Part shown: in pieces, positions 27,166 through 37,902 of the stretch
Layout of the letters: every line of letters starts with the position of its first letter
Numbering within the stretch: the stretch's first letter is position 1
Virus genome (UHGV): UHGV-0026213
DNA from: a virus
Reading direction: 5' to 3' (one strand)
Length of the DNA stretch: 64,000 nt
Position numbers and translations under genes: made by a program
The notes under the pieces: generated by a model
The model's input: only the letters and a program-made list of their open reading frames with translations
Told to the model about the DNA's origin: nothing
Databases searched by the model: none

Positions 27166-28371
27166 TTATTTCGTACCCGCTTCTGCCTGAACGTCATCAC
27201 GGGACGTCAAGTTAGCGTTAACGTGTACTGGAGCCTGAACCACACCACCGTATTTCTTGTGGAGATAGCCTGTGTGTGGGTTATCTGCCGCAATATGGTT
27301 TTGTAGGTTCTGATTCGCCTGACTGATTGCGTTCGTGTTATTCGCAACCTGTTGTTTAAGCGCATCCAGGTTTTGTTGCAGATTATCAATTTTCTGATCG
27401 GACTCATTACCCCGCTGTTCTAACGCAGCAATGCGCTGAATCGCTTGATTGAGTTTGGTGCTCAGATCGTTGATATTTTTCTGTAACTGTAACACTAGCG
27501 AATTTAGGTTCGCCAATGCCAATGCCATTTTCTGGTAGTTTTGGGCAACGATGTTAAGTTGGTCGTTCCACGCTTCCAAAGATTTGACAACAGCATCAAT
27601 ACGTTTTCCTAACGCTTCGTCTGCTTTCTTCAACGCATTAATATCAGTAATGGTTGCATCGATGGCAGACTGCACATCACGGATCAGTGCACGGATCTCC
27701 GTTTCTGTTAACCCGTTAACCTGGTGAATATCCAGATGGTGGACGTTACCCGTGGCGTTAATGTGCGCGTTCAGTGCGTCCAGGAAATCGTTTTTCAGGC
27801 TTTCGAGAATCGCTTTGATGTTCTCAAGCTGTACAGCATCGCCCGCCGTTATCGCATCTTTAATGCCAGCGAGCACTGTAATGATATATTCGAAGCCGTA
27901 AATATCACCGACGTCTTTATACGTCGGTGCCGACGGAAATGTATCAGGAACATTTCGCAAGTCTTTAAAGCCAACAGTTCGATTATCGAGATTCAACTCA
28001 GCAATCGCCTGTTCTATCGCGGGCACGTTTGCCGACTGCGGACCCCCGACTACTTGCGCCGATACCGTGATATCGGTCGGAATCGCGGTGTTCGTTACAA
28101 CAACCGCCATTACTACTTCCCGGTTCTTCGTCAATTTCTCGTAAGCCTGGTGTGCAAAAATCAACTCATAGTCCGTTCCGCGCTCATACGTCGCATCTGG
28201 GCGGTTGGCAACCCGCAAGCGAAACGTATCAGCATAAAACGGTCCATCAGGAAAAGCAAACGCACGGTTAACTTTACCTGTACCTAACGTAACCTGACGC
28301 TCCACGGCGTTAGAGGTTAGGGTTCCCGTTAAATCTAAAGGGTATTGGTATACAATGGAGGCCATGGCCAC
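27166..28371 (-). CDS. Tail fibre-like protein: N-terminal module shared with the three giant fibre genes plus long coiled coil
   Basis: N-terminal FPDGPFY...GTDYEL module; residues about 170-360 are heptad-rich helical sequence. Confidence 0.6.
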   Translation of the reverse strand: MAMASIVYQYPLDLTGTLTSNAVERQVTLGTGKVNRAFAFPDGPFYADTFRLRVANRPDATYERGTDYELIFAHQAYEKLTKNREVVMAVVVTNTAIPTDITVSAQVVGGPQSANVPAIEQAIAELNLDNRTVGFKDLRNVPDTFPSAPTYKDVGDIYGFEYIITVLAGIKDAITAGDAVQLENIKAILESLKNDFLDALNAHINATGNVHHLDIHQVNGLTETEIRALIRDVQSAIDATITDINALKKADEALGKRIDAVVKSLEAWNDQLNIVAQNYQKMALALANLNSLVLQLQKNINDLSTKLNQAIQRIAALEQRGNESDQKIDNLQQNLDALKQQVANNTNAISQANQNLQNHIAADNPHTGYLHKKYGGVVQAPVHVNANLTSRDDVQAEAGTK

Positions 28372-28405
28372 TCTCCTTAATCCGAGACGTCCTTGTCCCG
28401 TGGCG

Positions 28406-31400
28406 TTAAGATGTAAACATAAGATTGAACTGGAGCTTATCGATATCGCGCGTTTGTGCTGGGTTAACCGCGTCGTACGTGGTTGCCACGTAGACCGTTA
28501 ATGTCCCGTCAGCAAACGAAGTTTTCACCGGTGGCGTAGTCCCTGTCTGTCCATCAGTTACAATGACGACAGGTTGAGACGGGAGTTGATGGAACTGACC
28601 CTTAACCGCTTTATACACCAAACCAGATTGCGCTGCTAACTCCGTGTCGGTATAGACGATAAACGGCGTGTCGATATCTGTCTGTTTAATGACAGTGTTC
28701 GTCTCAACGTCAATCAGCTGAACAGCACCGAACTTCGTACGGTAGCTATCGTATTCATTTTTTGGAATGACAAACGTAGCATGTACACGGACTTCTTCGG
28801 CGGGCTTAAATCCGGCGTGTTCTTTTTCCAGATAGCTGTTAGCAGTTAACGTTACTGTCTGTTCAGTCATCGTACCACCAGACTGGTTTAACCCGTAACG
28901 AACTTGGGTTATACCTGTCGGAGCCGCAAGCCTGATTTTTAGTCTACGGTTAGCGGTACCAGGATCGCCTGGCACTCTAACACGCAGACTCATCGCCAGA
29001 TATGCTTTCGCACCGGTAGTCGGTTTCGTATACGCACCCAACCACTTCATATTCGCGGTTGCCGCTTGACTGTTCTCAGAAGCAGTAGCCGCTGCAACGT
29101 TCGCAGCAACCGCTTTCTGCCAGAACTGGTCAGCACAGTTCTCATACGCTACTCTACCGATACTTTTATAACCTGCGTAGGTTTCCTGTATCGGTAGCTT
29201 GGGTCGTGTTGTAACCCCGTTCAACGCATTCCATCTCTGACCATCGACATACCCTGCACCATTGCTCGCAGATGCCGTGGGGGCTTTCAGCGGTTGGTTA
29301 ACCAAGGTTTGGAGTGGACCCGTTTTTCGATCGTACGCCGCTGCAACGTCGTGCTGATCTCTAACGGCAGCGTGTTCTTCTAATTCACGAACCCTGCCTA
29401 GTCGTTTCACTTTATCGATGTTGATAGCAACTATGCGCTTTTTATCGGTTGTGACTGTACCAACAAATAATCGCGAAGTCGTATCAGGCAGCTTTTCCAG
29501 GCCGATCTGATATTGAGCTTTCGAACCTACAAGAGCAGCATGAACATAGAACGTCTGGTTAGCATGGTTTTCTGGGAATTCATTGCTTAAATCCACCGAC
29601 CACGTCGGTAATGTATAGCTATTACTACCGAAATCTAACCTGACCTCTTCCGTCAAGTATAGAATCCAACCTTCCGCGGTTTCCACGCCTGCGATAATAA
29701 CTGCCTGCCCCGCTGTTGAGAATGTGGTATCATTAACGAACTCTTCGACTGTGTATGCGTTACCTGAACAGAAAACGCGGTCAGCTTTAGAGAAAATTCG
29801 TGCCATCTTGTCCCAATTACCCGCACCCATGTAACAACCAGATTCTGGGTTGTGGGCAGGAGCCATCTGACGCAACTGTGACTTACCGGGAACGCGAGTC
29901 CAACCCGACCCTGGGTCGAAGGTGTACTTCGCAGCGTAACCCAAAGCATTTAGGTCCCCGATATTCCGTAATGTCAGCGTATAAGGTAGCCATAGACCGA
30001 AGTTTACACCGTCGGCAGAAGCAAAAATTGGCTGGCCTACACGTCGCGTTTTATTACCCGCTTCTTCCCTCAGAGACTGATTACTTAAGCCGTAATCAAG
30101 GTCTAAGAACCAATCTACCAGCTTAAAGGTTGCAGAGTTAAAACGTAGATAACCGTTTTCTTTAGTCGGACTCACCATGAAATAATAGATGTCGAGAACT
30201 CGACGTCCGTTACTCAAGATTTTCATGCATGAGACTTGTAATAAGTCGAACTCACAAACAGTGTTAATGCCTAGCAACCATAGCGCAAACAACGCGTTGC
30301 CGCTTTGGTGTGCTGCGCTGATGCGCTCGTTCGCGTAACCGTTTGCTTGGCCAGATGGTGCACCATCGACAATCATCCTAATCATTTTCTGGCGATCCGC
30401 TTCCTCTAACGTCAGCCGTTCTGATGACAGGGCAAAGTTACCGTAGATGTTCCGATATGGAAAGGTTTCCGCTTTCGTCAAATACCAACCATTTAACTGA
30501 CCGTGACGCTCCTCTGGAGTCATGCAAGCAGCCATACAGCTTAACTGTTCGTAAAGCGTCGGATCAACTTCTCGACGGTTGTTGTTCGGGCCATAACCGC
30601 CGTATCCCGGAACGTCATAAGGTTTACTTGGGTCAACTTCTACTTCGATCGTATAGCGGTTACGTGGATTGGATAGCCAAACCTTATTCGAACCACCAAT
30701 ACCGACAGGATGAGAAAGACCAATGGTATAGATAGAACCACGACCTTTATCCCAAGCAAATGATCCTTCACCTGAGGTATTGTTCGGGTTATCGTAACGC
30801 AAATAATCAAAAAGCTCTTTGCCTTGCGTCCCTTTAATAGTAACGCTTGGCATCTGGTCCGCATCGTTAATCTGCCAGCAGGAAAGCATCATTCCTGTGC
30901 CGTTGGGTTTAGCATACGTCGCAAAACAACGATTATTTGCTATACCGCCACCCCACTTACGACTGGTTTCTACAGTTGAGCCATCCGCGAACGATAGTCT
31001 GGTAGTATCAACTTTAAGTGGGAATCTCTCGGCACCCTCTAACGTAACTCTGCCCGTTAACGTATCGATTGTGAAACTTGTTGACCATTGACGGAAATTA
31101 ATCGTCGAACCGTCGGCTGCCGCAAACCACACGGTGGGTACATGGTTCACACGAATCACGCTGTCGCGGACCGCACAAGCATGGCTACACTCTGGACCGT
31201 GAACAAAGCTGTGACCGATTGTCCATTTAGCCCGTGCCTCTGGCGGGTAATACGTAAAGAACTGACCAGTCTGCGACTCTTCGGTCTTCTGACCAATTCG
31301 TAAACAGAGGTTATCTCCGAATTGCCCCATTTCTCCGGTTAGGGTTACACGTTCAAATTCTAACTCAGTATTGGTAGTCAAATCGGCTTTACGTAAACGC

Positions 31401-33589
31401 CATGCCGCCACGGCATAAGCAGCGTTATTTACCGTAGAACGAAGAAGATAAACGTGGTCGTCAACTAACACAACATCGTCAGCTTCTGGCCAAGGATTCC
31501 AGGTTTGTTCCACAGTACCGCTGGGGTTGCCATTACGGTATTTAGGCATTGTAACACGACATACCACCGTGTGTTTACTGTGGTCCATTGAACCATTGAA
31601 CAACACCAAATAACGGTTATTGTCAGAACCCAGACAAATAATCGCTTCCTGGCCACCGATCAAAATCGCTTTTAAGGTCACTCCAGGGTATTTACTCATC
31701 CCAACAGGATGGTATTTCACCGAAGTTTGCTGAGGGTTCACAAACGCATTCGACGTATTGATATCAGCATAACCGTAGTAAATCGCCTCTGTACCAGGCA
31801 CACCATTAGAAGCATTACGTAACGAATAAACTTTACCTTGCTGATAACCCACGACACCTTTCTGATAGGACTGGTTCTTTGTAAAGCCTGAATAATTACC
31901 GAGTGCCGGAATGGGTAAGAAGTTTTTGTTACCGAACTTCGCCCCACCGACAGTCCACGCAGGTAAGATGGTATTCAGTTTATCGGAAACCTTCTTGATC
32001 TCTTTTGCGAACAACCACCCTTGACGCGACGTGACAGCTTTGTCGTTCGTGGCATCAATCGCATCCCACAGCTGTAAGATACCATCCACGGTCGCACTAC
32101 CAATCGGGACATTATCCAAATCGGCGGTAGTGTGCGTGTGCTCCTTCACACTTTTATTTTTCAGCACATTCGCTAACGCTTTTGTTACCGGTTTAGCGAT
32201 CGGCATGGTGTTATCCATCTTATCGATACCGAAATCGGTTTTCGTTAAGGTTAACACCATTTTATCGCCCGTCTTAACAAACCCTTTACCGTTAACCGTG
32301 TAGTCATCGTCAACGTACAGGTCCAAGCGGTCTTTTAATTCGGTCACCGCCTTTTGGGAAATAGCAGTGCCTAGTGCTACGGAGGTTGCGATATTCGTAA
32401 TCGAAAACACCCCATAAACCGACTCAGTTGCTGTGGGAATATTCGCGTTCAACGTTAGCGGATTAGACTGCTTCGCTGTACCGTATGGTTTTACGGTGTC
32501 TGATGGTTTGAAATAGGCATTTGCTTCAAGTAACGTTACAGACGTCAGGTACATGTTCACCATTTCTGGTGTAACCAAATACACAGAGTTGTAAACCGGC
32601 GCTAATACATCCTGTTCTGTCCCAGAGTGTACCCAAAGCGTATTCAGTCCCGCACTAAATTCAACCGCCAAACCCGATTCGTTGTTGTCCTGGTCTGCTT
32701 TAATCACCAACGGTTGTGGTGAGGTAATTAACCACTTATCACCACGGATGCTGATAATGTGTCCGCCTGCTGTTTTAAACGTCAGTTCGTTACCGTTCGT
32801 GCTACCCCAACGACCGTAAACGGTACCAAGGGCTTCACCCATTAACTGATCAACGTCTGATTGCTCAATACCCGCCGAACCCATCAGCGTAGCCAATTCG
32901 TCAATCGTCAGTCCAAACGCTTTTGTAGCGTCGACAGCACGTCCCAAAACCGGAAGGGCACCAACATCAGTGGTCGTATACTGGTGTGCGTTAGGATTAA
33001 GGTGGTGTTGGTATAACTCCTCGTCGAAAACCTTTTTACCGTTCTCGTAAATCAGGTTAGTGACTTCGGTAAACGCTGCATCTAACTCTGTTGAACGTTG
33101 AATGATTTTCTTACGGATGTCGTTTAACGCTTTAACAACCTCATCCCTCAGAATAGCTTCTTCTAAGTTAGCAGGAGGATCGATGGGTTGAATAACTGGC
33201 GCATACGCCATTAACTCTGACCAGTCCACGTTACGTGGGTCTTTCAGGTCAGTACGAACTAAGAACTTTCCGATTTCAGATTGTGGTACACGATACTGGC
33301 GTGCTACCCCTAAAATCTCATATTCTATTTCTGTTGCGGTCAGCAACATGAACCCGCCGTAAATCTGATCTTGCTCAGCTTCTGCGAGTTCTTTAAAGTA
33401 ATAGCCTAAATAGTAGTCCAACCCCTCAATCAGAGTACGACGTCCGTTAGGCGCGGTATCGTCGGCTACTGTGAGTTTTAATCCGATACGATAAAAAGGT
33501 CCTTCGGGCGGAATGACCACATTAAATCGGTTAGGGTACGTCGCTGTGCTTAACGTACCGTTAAACTGCGCCGCGTCTTCTCTCGGCAT
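28406..33589 (-). CDS. Giant tail fibre or tailspike-like structural protein (1727 aa)
   Basis: N-terminal PPEGPFY...GLDYYL module shared with neighbours; AGGAG RBS. Confidence 0.65.
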   Translation of the reverse strand: MPREDAAQFNGTLSTATYPNRFNVVIPPEGPFYRIGLKLTVADDTAPNGRRTLIEGLDYYLGYYFKELAEAEQDQIYGGFMLLTATEIEYEILGVARQYRVPQSEIGKFLVRTDLKDPRNVDWSELMAYAPVIQPIDPPANLEEAILRDEVVKALNDIRKKIIQRSTELDAAFTEVTNLIYENGKKVFDEELYQHHLNPNAHQYTTTDVGALPVLGRAVDATKAFGLTIDELATLMGSAGIEQSDVDQLMGEALGTVYGRWGSTNGNELTFKTAGGHIISIRGDKWLITSPQPLVIKADQDNNESGLAVEFSAGLNTLWVHSGTEQDVLAPVYNSVYLVTPEMVNMYLTSVTLLEANAYFKPSDTVKPYGTAKQSNPLTLNANIPTATESVYGVFSITNIATSVALGTAISQKAVTELKDRLDLYVDDDYTVNGKGFVKTGDKMVLTLTKTDFGIDKMDNTMPIAKPVTKALANVLKNKSVKEHTHTTADLDNVPIGSATVDGILQLWDAIDATNDKAVTSRQGWLFAKEIKKVSDKLNTILPAWTVGGAKFGNKNFLPIPALGNYSGFTKNQSYQKGVVGYQQGKVYSLRNASNGVPGTEAIYYGYADINTSNAFVNPQQTSVKYHPVGMSKYPGVTLKAILIGGQEAIICLGSDNNRYLVLFNGSMDHSKHTVVCRVTMPKYRNGNPSGTVEQTWNPWPEADDVVLVDDHVYLLRSTVNNAAYAVAAWRLRKADLTTNTELEFERVTLTGEMGQFGDNLCLRIGQKTEESQTGQFFTYYPPEARAKWTIGHSFVHGPECSHACAVRDSVIRVNHVPTVWFAAADGSTINFRQWSTSFTIDTLTGRVTLEGAERFPLKVDTTRLSFADGSTVETSRKWGGGIANNRCFATYAKPNGTGMMLSCWQINDADQMPSVTIKGTQGKELFDYLRYDNPNNTSGEGSFAWDKGRGSIYTIGLSHPVGIGGSNKVWLSNPRNRYTIEVEVDPSKPYDVPGYGGYGPNNNRREVDPTLYEQLSCMAACMTPEERHGQLNGWYLTKAETFPYRNIYGNFALSSERLTLEEADRQKMIRMIVDGAPSGQANGYANERISAAHQSGNALFALWLLGINTVCEFDLLQVSCMKILSNGRRVLDIYYFMVSPTKENGYLRFNSATFKLVDWFLDLDYGLSNQSLREEAGNKTRRVGQPIFASADGVNFGLWLPYTLTLRNIGDLNALGYAAKYTFDPGSGWTRVPGKSQLRQMAPAHNPESGCYMGAGNWDKMARIFSKADRVFCSGNAYTVEEFVNDTTFSTAGQAVIIAGVETAEGWILYLTEEVRLDFGSNSYTLPTWSVDLSNEFPENHANQTFYVHAALVGSKAQYQIGLEKLPDTTSRLFVGTVTTDKKRIVAINIDKVKRLGRVRELEEHAAVRDQHDVAAAYDRKTGPLQTLVNQPLKAPTASASNGAGYVDGQRWNALNGVTTRPKLPIQETYAGYKSIGRVAYENCADQFWQKAVAANVAAATASENSQAATANMKWLGAYTKPTTGAKAYLAMSLRVRVPGDPGTANRRLKIRLAAPTGITQVRYGLNQSGGTMTEQTVTLTANSYLEKEHAGFKPAEEVRVHATFVIPKNEYDSYRTKFGAVQLIDVETNTVIKQTDIDTPFIVYTDTELAAQSGLVYKAVKGQFHQLPSQPVVIVTDGQTGTTPPVKTSFADGTLTVYVATTYDAVNPAQTRDIDKLQFNLMFTS

Positions 33590-33604
33590 CGTAAAGACTC
33601 CTAC

Positions 33605-33645
33605 TTTTAAATAAAATGGATACCCCTCCCCGTTACAGGGAGGGG
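33605..33645 (-). terminator. Minus-strand terminator between the 1402-aa and 1727-aa genes
   Basis: cccctccc-cgttaca-gggagggg hairpin with T-rich sequence on the minus-strand 3' side; a second hairpin at about 33649-33674. Confidence 0.6.
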
Positions 33646-33683
33646 TTACCTACGGACACACAACTGCCCGTAGGCAGCCTGTC

Positions 33684-36600
33684 CTAAGTACGATCCCCTA
33701 ACTGCTTCCCGTTAAGTTCTCGTTTCAGTACAGCCAAAATCCACTTCCACGCTTTACTCGTGATGTGGTACGGATTGCGTTTCTCCATTAAGAACTGACT
33801 TTCGCCGCTACGGAGTTCGAAGCTCTGCGCATTGAGTTGGTCTTGGCGAACACCGTTCTCGTCAGTGACATCTAACGAACAGGTAAAGTTAAGCTCGTAG
33901 CCTTCAGGATTATTACCCGGTGGTTCTAAGACAATATAAATATCCTGCCCTACACGTAGATCCTTTGGCGTAAGGGTAACTGCTTTACCTGTGTCGGCGC
34001 TGGTCGAAAGCGCAAACGGCACGCTATCAATAGCTGATACATACGCGTCCTTCCCAGCATCGCCGATAATCACCTTACCCGGCCAGTTACACTTCACCGT
34101 TCCTGTCACTTTTGCAATACGGTACTGCTGTTTATCAGTACCTTGTGCAAAGCGTAAAATGAGTTTATGCCGATACCGGTTTGCGGCAGCTTTGGATGTA
34201 CTCCACTCATTGTTCCAGGAGGTATGAAGTTCACCTTTCTTGGCCATCAAAGCACCACGAGACAGCTTACGTGGGAAGAATTGTGCCGGAAGTTGCCCAT
34301 CGTGGGAGATCGCTACACTCCCTTGTCCGGTTGGAAGTGCTATTGTTTCCGTAGGGCAATAATTTAACTCACTCACGTATGATGTAGGATCGATCAATTT
34401 CTGATAGTAATCACCGTCCTTACTGTCCGCTAACCAACCAACGGAAGAGTCCGTATACGATTCAAACAGTGAACGTAAATAGTGATACTTATCGATATCG
34501 ATGTTACCCGTTTTTGGATCGATCAGAGCATGGTTAATAGTGAGGAAACACTTCTCACTCAAACCATTAAACGCCAAACCCACACCGTCACCAGTAAAAT
34601 AGTCTACCAGGTCAAATGGAAGCGTCATTTCTATTTGTCGCAAGTTGATAGTCGTTGAACCAAACTGCGAAAAAGATAGCGCTAAACGAAGTACACGAGT
34701 ATTAACATTATAACGATAACGTATCATCCCACGCGGCGCGTGGTTCGCGGAGATCTTATCACCGTTTGCGCCCCACCCAATTAAATCGAGTATTTCAGCG
34801 TTTGTTACTTCACCGTTAAACAAAACGTCTTTAGTCGTGATTTCAACTGACGTTTCCCTTCCGGCATCCATTAACATCGAACCGTTATTCAACTCGAAGC
34901 TCTTGTGCCAAACTTCTGAAGTCGAGCCAGCACCTACACCCACCTTACAAGTTTTACTAGTAAGGTTAATACGCACATAACGGCGTCCCACTGTACCGCC
35001 CTGCGAGCTTGCACACAAAATAAGATCAGGTGCCGCAGACAGTGCCTTGGTCCCTGCAATGTCATCAACATCGAAAACGAATGAGCCTTCGAACGTTGGT
35101 GCGTTATTTTCCTTCGGGTTAAATGGTGTAAACCAACAATAAGGCATCGCGCCCTCGGTTGAGAAAATCAACTCTAAGTCAGATTTAACATTTAATCCGT
35201 GGGAATAAGAAAAAAGACCGCGACTTAAGGTACAAAGCGTACCACCACTTCCAGCACCTAACAATTTTCGATATATTAAGGCACGGGGTTCTGGGATAGC
35301 ACGGTTTAATAACGGCAACCGTGGGTTATCCGTTAACGTCCAATCTACAGAACTGAGTCCGTGTGCCTTACGAGTGCTAATGTGCTCACTAACCTCGGCA
35401 CTTTTCCCGAAATCAAATGTGGTTTCAAAACTCACGGTTTTATTCGAGTAGGATTCACCACCTGCAACAATATCAACGTAACCGATATAACCGCGCTCAG
35501 GATCGACTGCAATACTCTGAATTGGCTCAGTACGCGAATACAGAGAGCCTGTGAGCATGTTAACGTACAGATAATGACGAATCCCTACGTGTGTTGTAAC
35601 AAACTCTTGGAGAAGCTCTACGTGCGTTTCAGGCCCACTGAAATAAACGGGGTAGTCACCGTCGTAAATTTCGAATTGCACCGCTGCGGATTTAGCCGTG
35701 TCGCTACACTCAGCTTTAACCGCTACGGTGTAGTTTTCAACGTCCGCTGATGTTTCGTACACTGCAACGAGCGGAGACTGGCCTGTGGCTGCCTGGATAC
35801 CGTTAATGTAAACTGTAACCGGGCCACCCCCTGCGGCATAAACCCAAAGCTTCGGCTGGCGTGCCCTTACCCGCGTTTTTGCCAACACAGTAACAACTGA
35901 CTGGTCGCCCATCTGTGAGGCGGTTTTACCTACCGGAACAGATTGGAAACCCATTAGTGGTGGTTCTTCAATACCTGTCCAGTTAATGCCCTTACCAGCG
36001 CTCACTTTCCCCGTAGGCCAGGTCGTCTCAATTTGGTTGTTCGGTGAGAACCAGTTAAACATCGGCGTAGTTTGCAGGTCAATCGAACCTGTAACGGCGC
36101 TATCAGCTTTCGCGCCGTTCAGCAAATAGAAATACTTCAAATCTTGGACGGAGATTGCCGTACCCTGACTATTAAAGCGCCAGTCTGCGCCTTTTACCGC
36201 AGCGAAATCCGTTACCGACCCTTCTTTCGCGTTTGCAATCGCCGCAGCAACCACATCTAAACGCGCCGAAAGTTCTTTTAAGACGTTCGGCACCACTGCA
36301 CGGTTTTCAACCAAACCGTTCTGGTTAGTTGCGTAACGACCGATACCGTAAACGGTTTGCGAGGCTTTATAAATGCCTAGTTCCGACCAATCGTGGTGGT
36401 GACCTGCATCCGCTAAACCACTAAGCGCCGTATTTAACTCGGTAGACAACGGCTTGTCAACGTCTGCGGTGTTATCCGCTTGCCCTAACCCCAGATCAGC
36501 TTTCGTGATTGTCCTGGAGCCGTCATTCATCGGCTTACCGTTAATCATGGTCGTTTTAGCCACATACCCCGATAGGTCAGTTGAGTATGGTGCTAACGAA

Positions 36601-37892
36601 GCCGGTGTTGCAGCAACCCCAGTCGTTTCTGTACCTTTACCTGTTTTAAGTTTAGCGACGCCTTTTTCGGCGGTTGTCGCTTTTGTTGGGTCGATAGTCC
36701 CCACGATAGGGTCGGCGCGAGAACCTTTACCGGTAAAGCTAATCCCATTACGACCTTCAATGTACACCTTCGAGTCATCAGGGTCGCCACCGCCACCAGA
36801 ACCCGCATCTGGATCTTGTTGGTATTCCATCAACGCCGTGGTAGTCAGTAACGGGTTACCGTTCAGGGTGAGTTTGTTCATCCCTAAAGCATCGCCTGTT
36901 GACTCGATGCGTAATGTGTTTTTACCGGCACGCCAGTTGATATAACGTCCTGCACCCGTACCTTCCAGATGCCCTACCGCTAATACCACAGAACCGTTGG
37001 ATTTTAACGTAAAACCATCGTTGGCAAAAATGATTTCGGACTCACCGTTTTTCGAACGGAACTGTGCGCGGTTTCCTGACACCGTACAGTTAAACACGCC
37101 CCGCACTTCCGAAGAAATCCAGTGAGAGATATACGTATCGATAACCGACTGCGGTAAACGAAACGCTTTCAGCTCATCCGTCAGTGCTTTCAACTTTAAC
37201 CCGTACGCCATAAAGGTGTCGGGTGTTTTCAAGTTAACAGGATGCGCGTTAATCTGCGCGGATGTGGTTTCGTGCGGGTTCTTCGCTGCGATATGTGCTG
37301 GGTAATTAAATGCTTCGATTTCTTTACCCAACGCAGTCACTAACGCTTTAACTTCAGCTAATTTGTCTTTAATTAGCTGGTTAGCGTCGTCGGTTTTCAA
37401 TTCAATATCGTGAACTGCCGACGCTAAATATTTTTTGTTCAGCAAATCCGCCCAGGACGTTGCTGCTGGCGTCGCTGGATATAACGATGGTCTACCGTCT
37501 AATAACAGCCAGTCAGCACTGACTGGGTTATTCAAATATTTCACCAGTTCATCGAGAATATCAACAAACGGGTCGTAGAACGTACCGCCGAGCATTTGTC
37601 CTTCAAAGGTTACGATACCCTTGATGGATGGGTTGATAAGGTGTACCCCACAATACACGTTGGCTGCTACCGAGTCATCCAGTTCCGTCAGCTGATATTG
37701 CAGTTCGTAGTCCACCCCACGACTCAGTGGGGTGGTTGAACCTGGTTGTCTGACGACCAAATCTTCAAAGAACGGGCGGTGGTCTAAAATCACCACCCGA
37801 TCGTTGTTGTTCTCTGACCCGATGATACGCTCCTCTAAGAAGTGATTCTCGGCTTTCGTCCCCCGAGGATCGTAAGGATACGCTTTCATCAA
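33684..37892 (-). CDS. Giant tail fibre or tailspike-like structural protein (1402 aa)
   Basis: N-terminal HRPFF...GVDYELQY module. Confidence 0.65.
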   Translation of the reverse strand: MMKAYPYDPRGTKAENHFLEERIIGSENNNDRVVILDHRPFFEDLVVRQPGSTTPLSRGVDYELQYQLTELDDSVAANVYCGVHLINPSIKGIVTFEGQMLGGTFYDPFVDILDELVKYLNNPVSADWLLLDGRPSLYPATPAATSWADLLNKKYLASAVHDIELKTDDANQLIKDKLAEVKALVTALGKEIEAFNYPAHIAAKNPHETTSAQINAHPVNLKTPDTFMAYGLKLKALTDELKAFRLPQSVIDTYISHWISSEVRGVFNCTVSGNRAQFRSKNGESEIIFANDGFTLKSNGSVVLAVGHLEGTGAGRYINWRAGKNTLRIESTGDALGMNKLTLNGNPLLTTTALMEYQQDPDAGSGGGGDPDDSKVYIEGRNGISFTGKGSRADPIVGTIDPTKATTAEKGVAKLKTGKGTETTGVAATPASLAPYSTDLSGYVAKTTMINGKPMNDGSRTITKADLGLGQADNTADVDKPLSTELNTALSGLADAGHHHDWSELGIYKASQTVYGIGRYATNQNGLVENRAVVPNVLKELSARLDVVAAAIANAKEGSVTDFAAVKGADWRFNSQGTAISVQDLKYFYLLNGAKADSAVTGSIDLQTTPMFNWFSPNNQIETTWPTGKVSAGKGINWTGIEEPPLMGFQSVPVGKTASQMGDQSVVTVLAKTRVRARQPKLWVYAAGGGPVTVYINGIQAATGQSPLVAVYETSADVENYTVAVKAECSDTAKSAAVQFEIYDGDYPVYFSGPETHVELLQEFVTTHVGIRHYLYVNMLTGSLYSRTEPIQSIAVDPERGYIGYVDIVAGGESYSNKTVSFETTFDFGKSAEVSEHISTRKAHGLSSVDWTLTDNPRLPLLNRAIPEPRALIYRKLLGAGSGGTLCTLSRGLFSYSHGLNVKSDLELIFSTEGAMPYCWFTPFNPKENNAPTFEGSFVFDVDDIAGTKALSAAPDLILCASSQGGTVGRRYVRINLTSKTCKVGVGAGSTSEVWHKSFELNNGSMLMDAGRETSVEITTKDVLFNGEVTNAEILDLIGWGANGDKISANHAPRGMIRYRYNVNTRVLRLALSFSQFGSTTINLRQIEMTLPFDLVDYFTGDGVGLAFNGLSEKCFLTINHALIDPKTGNIDIDKYHYLRSLFESYTDSSVGWLADSKDGDYYQKLIDPTSYVSELNYCPTETIALPTGQGSVAISHDGQLPAQFFPRKLSRGALMAKKGELHTSWNNEWSTSKAAANRYRHKLILRFAQGTDKQQYRIAKVTGTVKCNWPGKVIIGDAGKDAYVSAIDSVPFALSTSADTGKAVTLTPKDLRVGQDIYIVLEPPGNNPEGYELNFTCSLDVTDENGVRQDQLNAQSFELRSGESQFLMEKRNPYHITSKAWKWILAVLKRELNGKQLGDRT

Positions 37893-37902
37893 AAAATTCT
37901 CC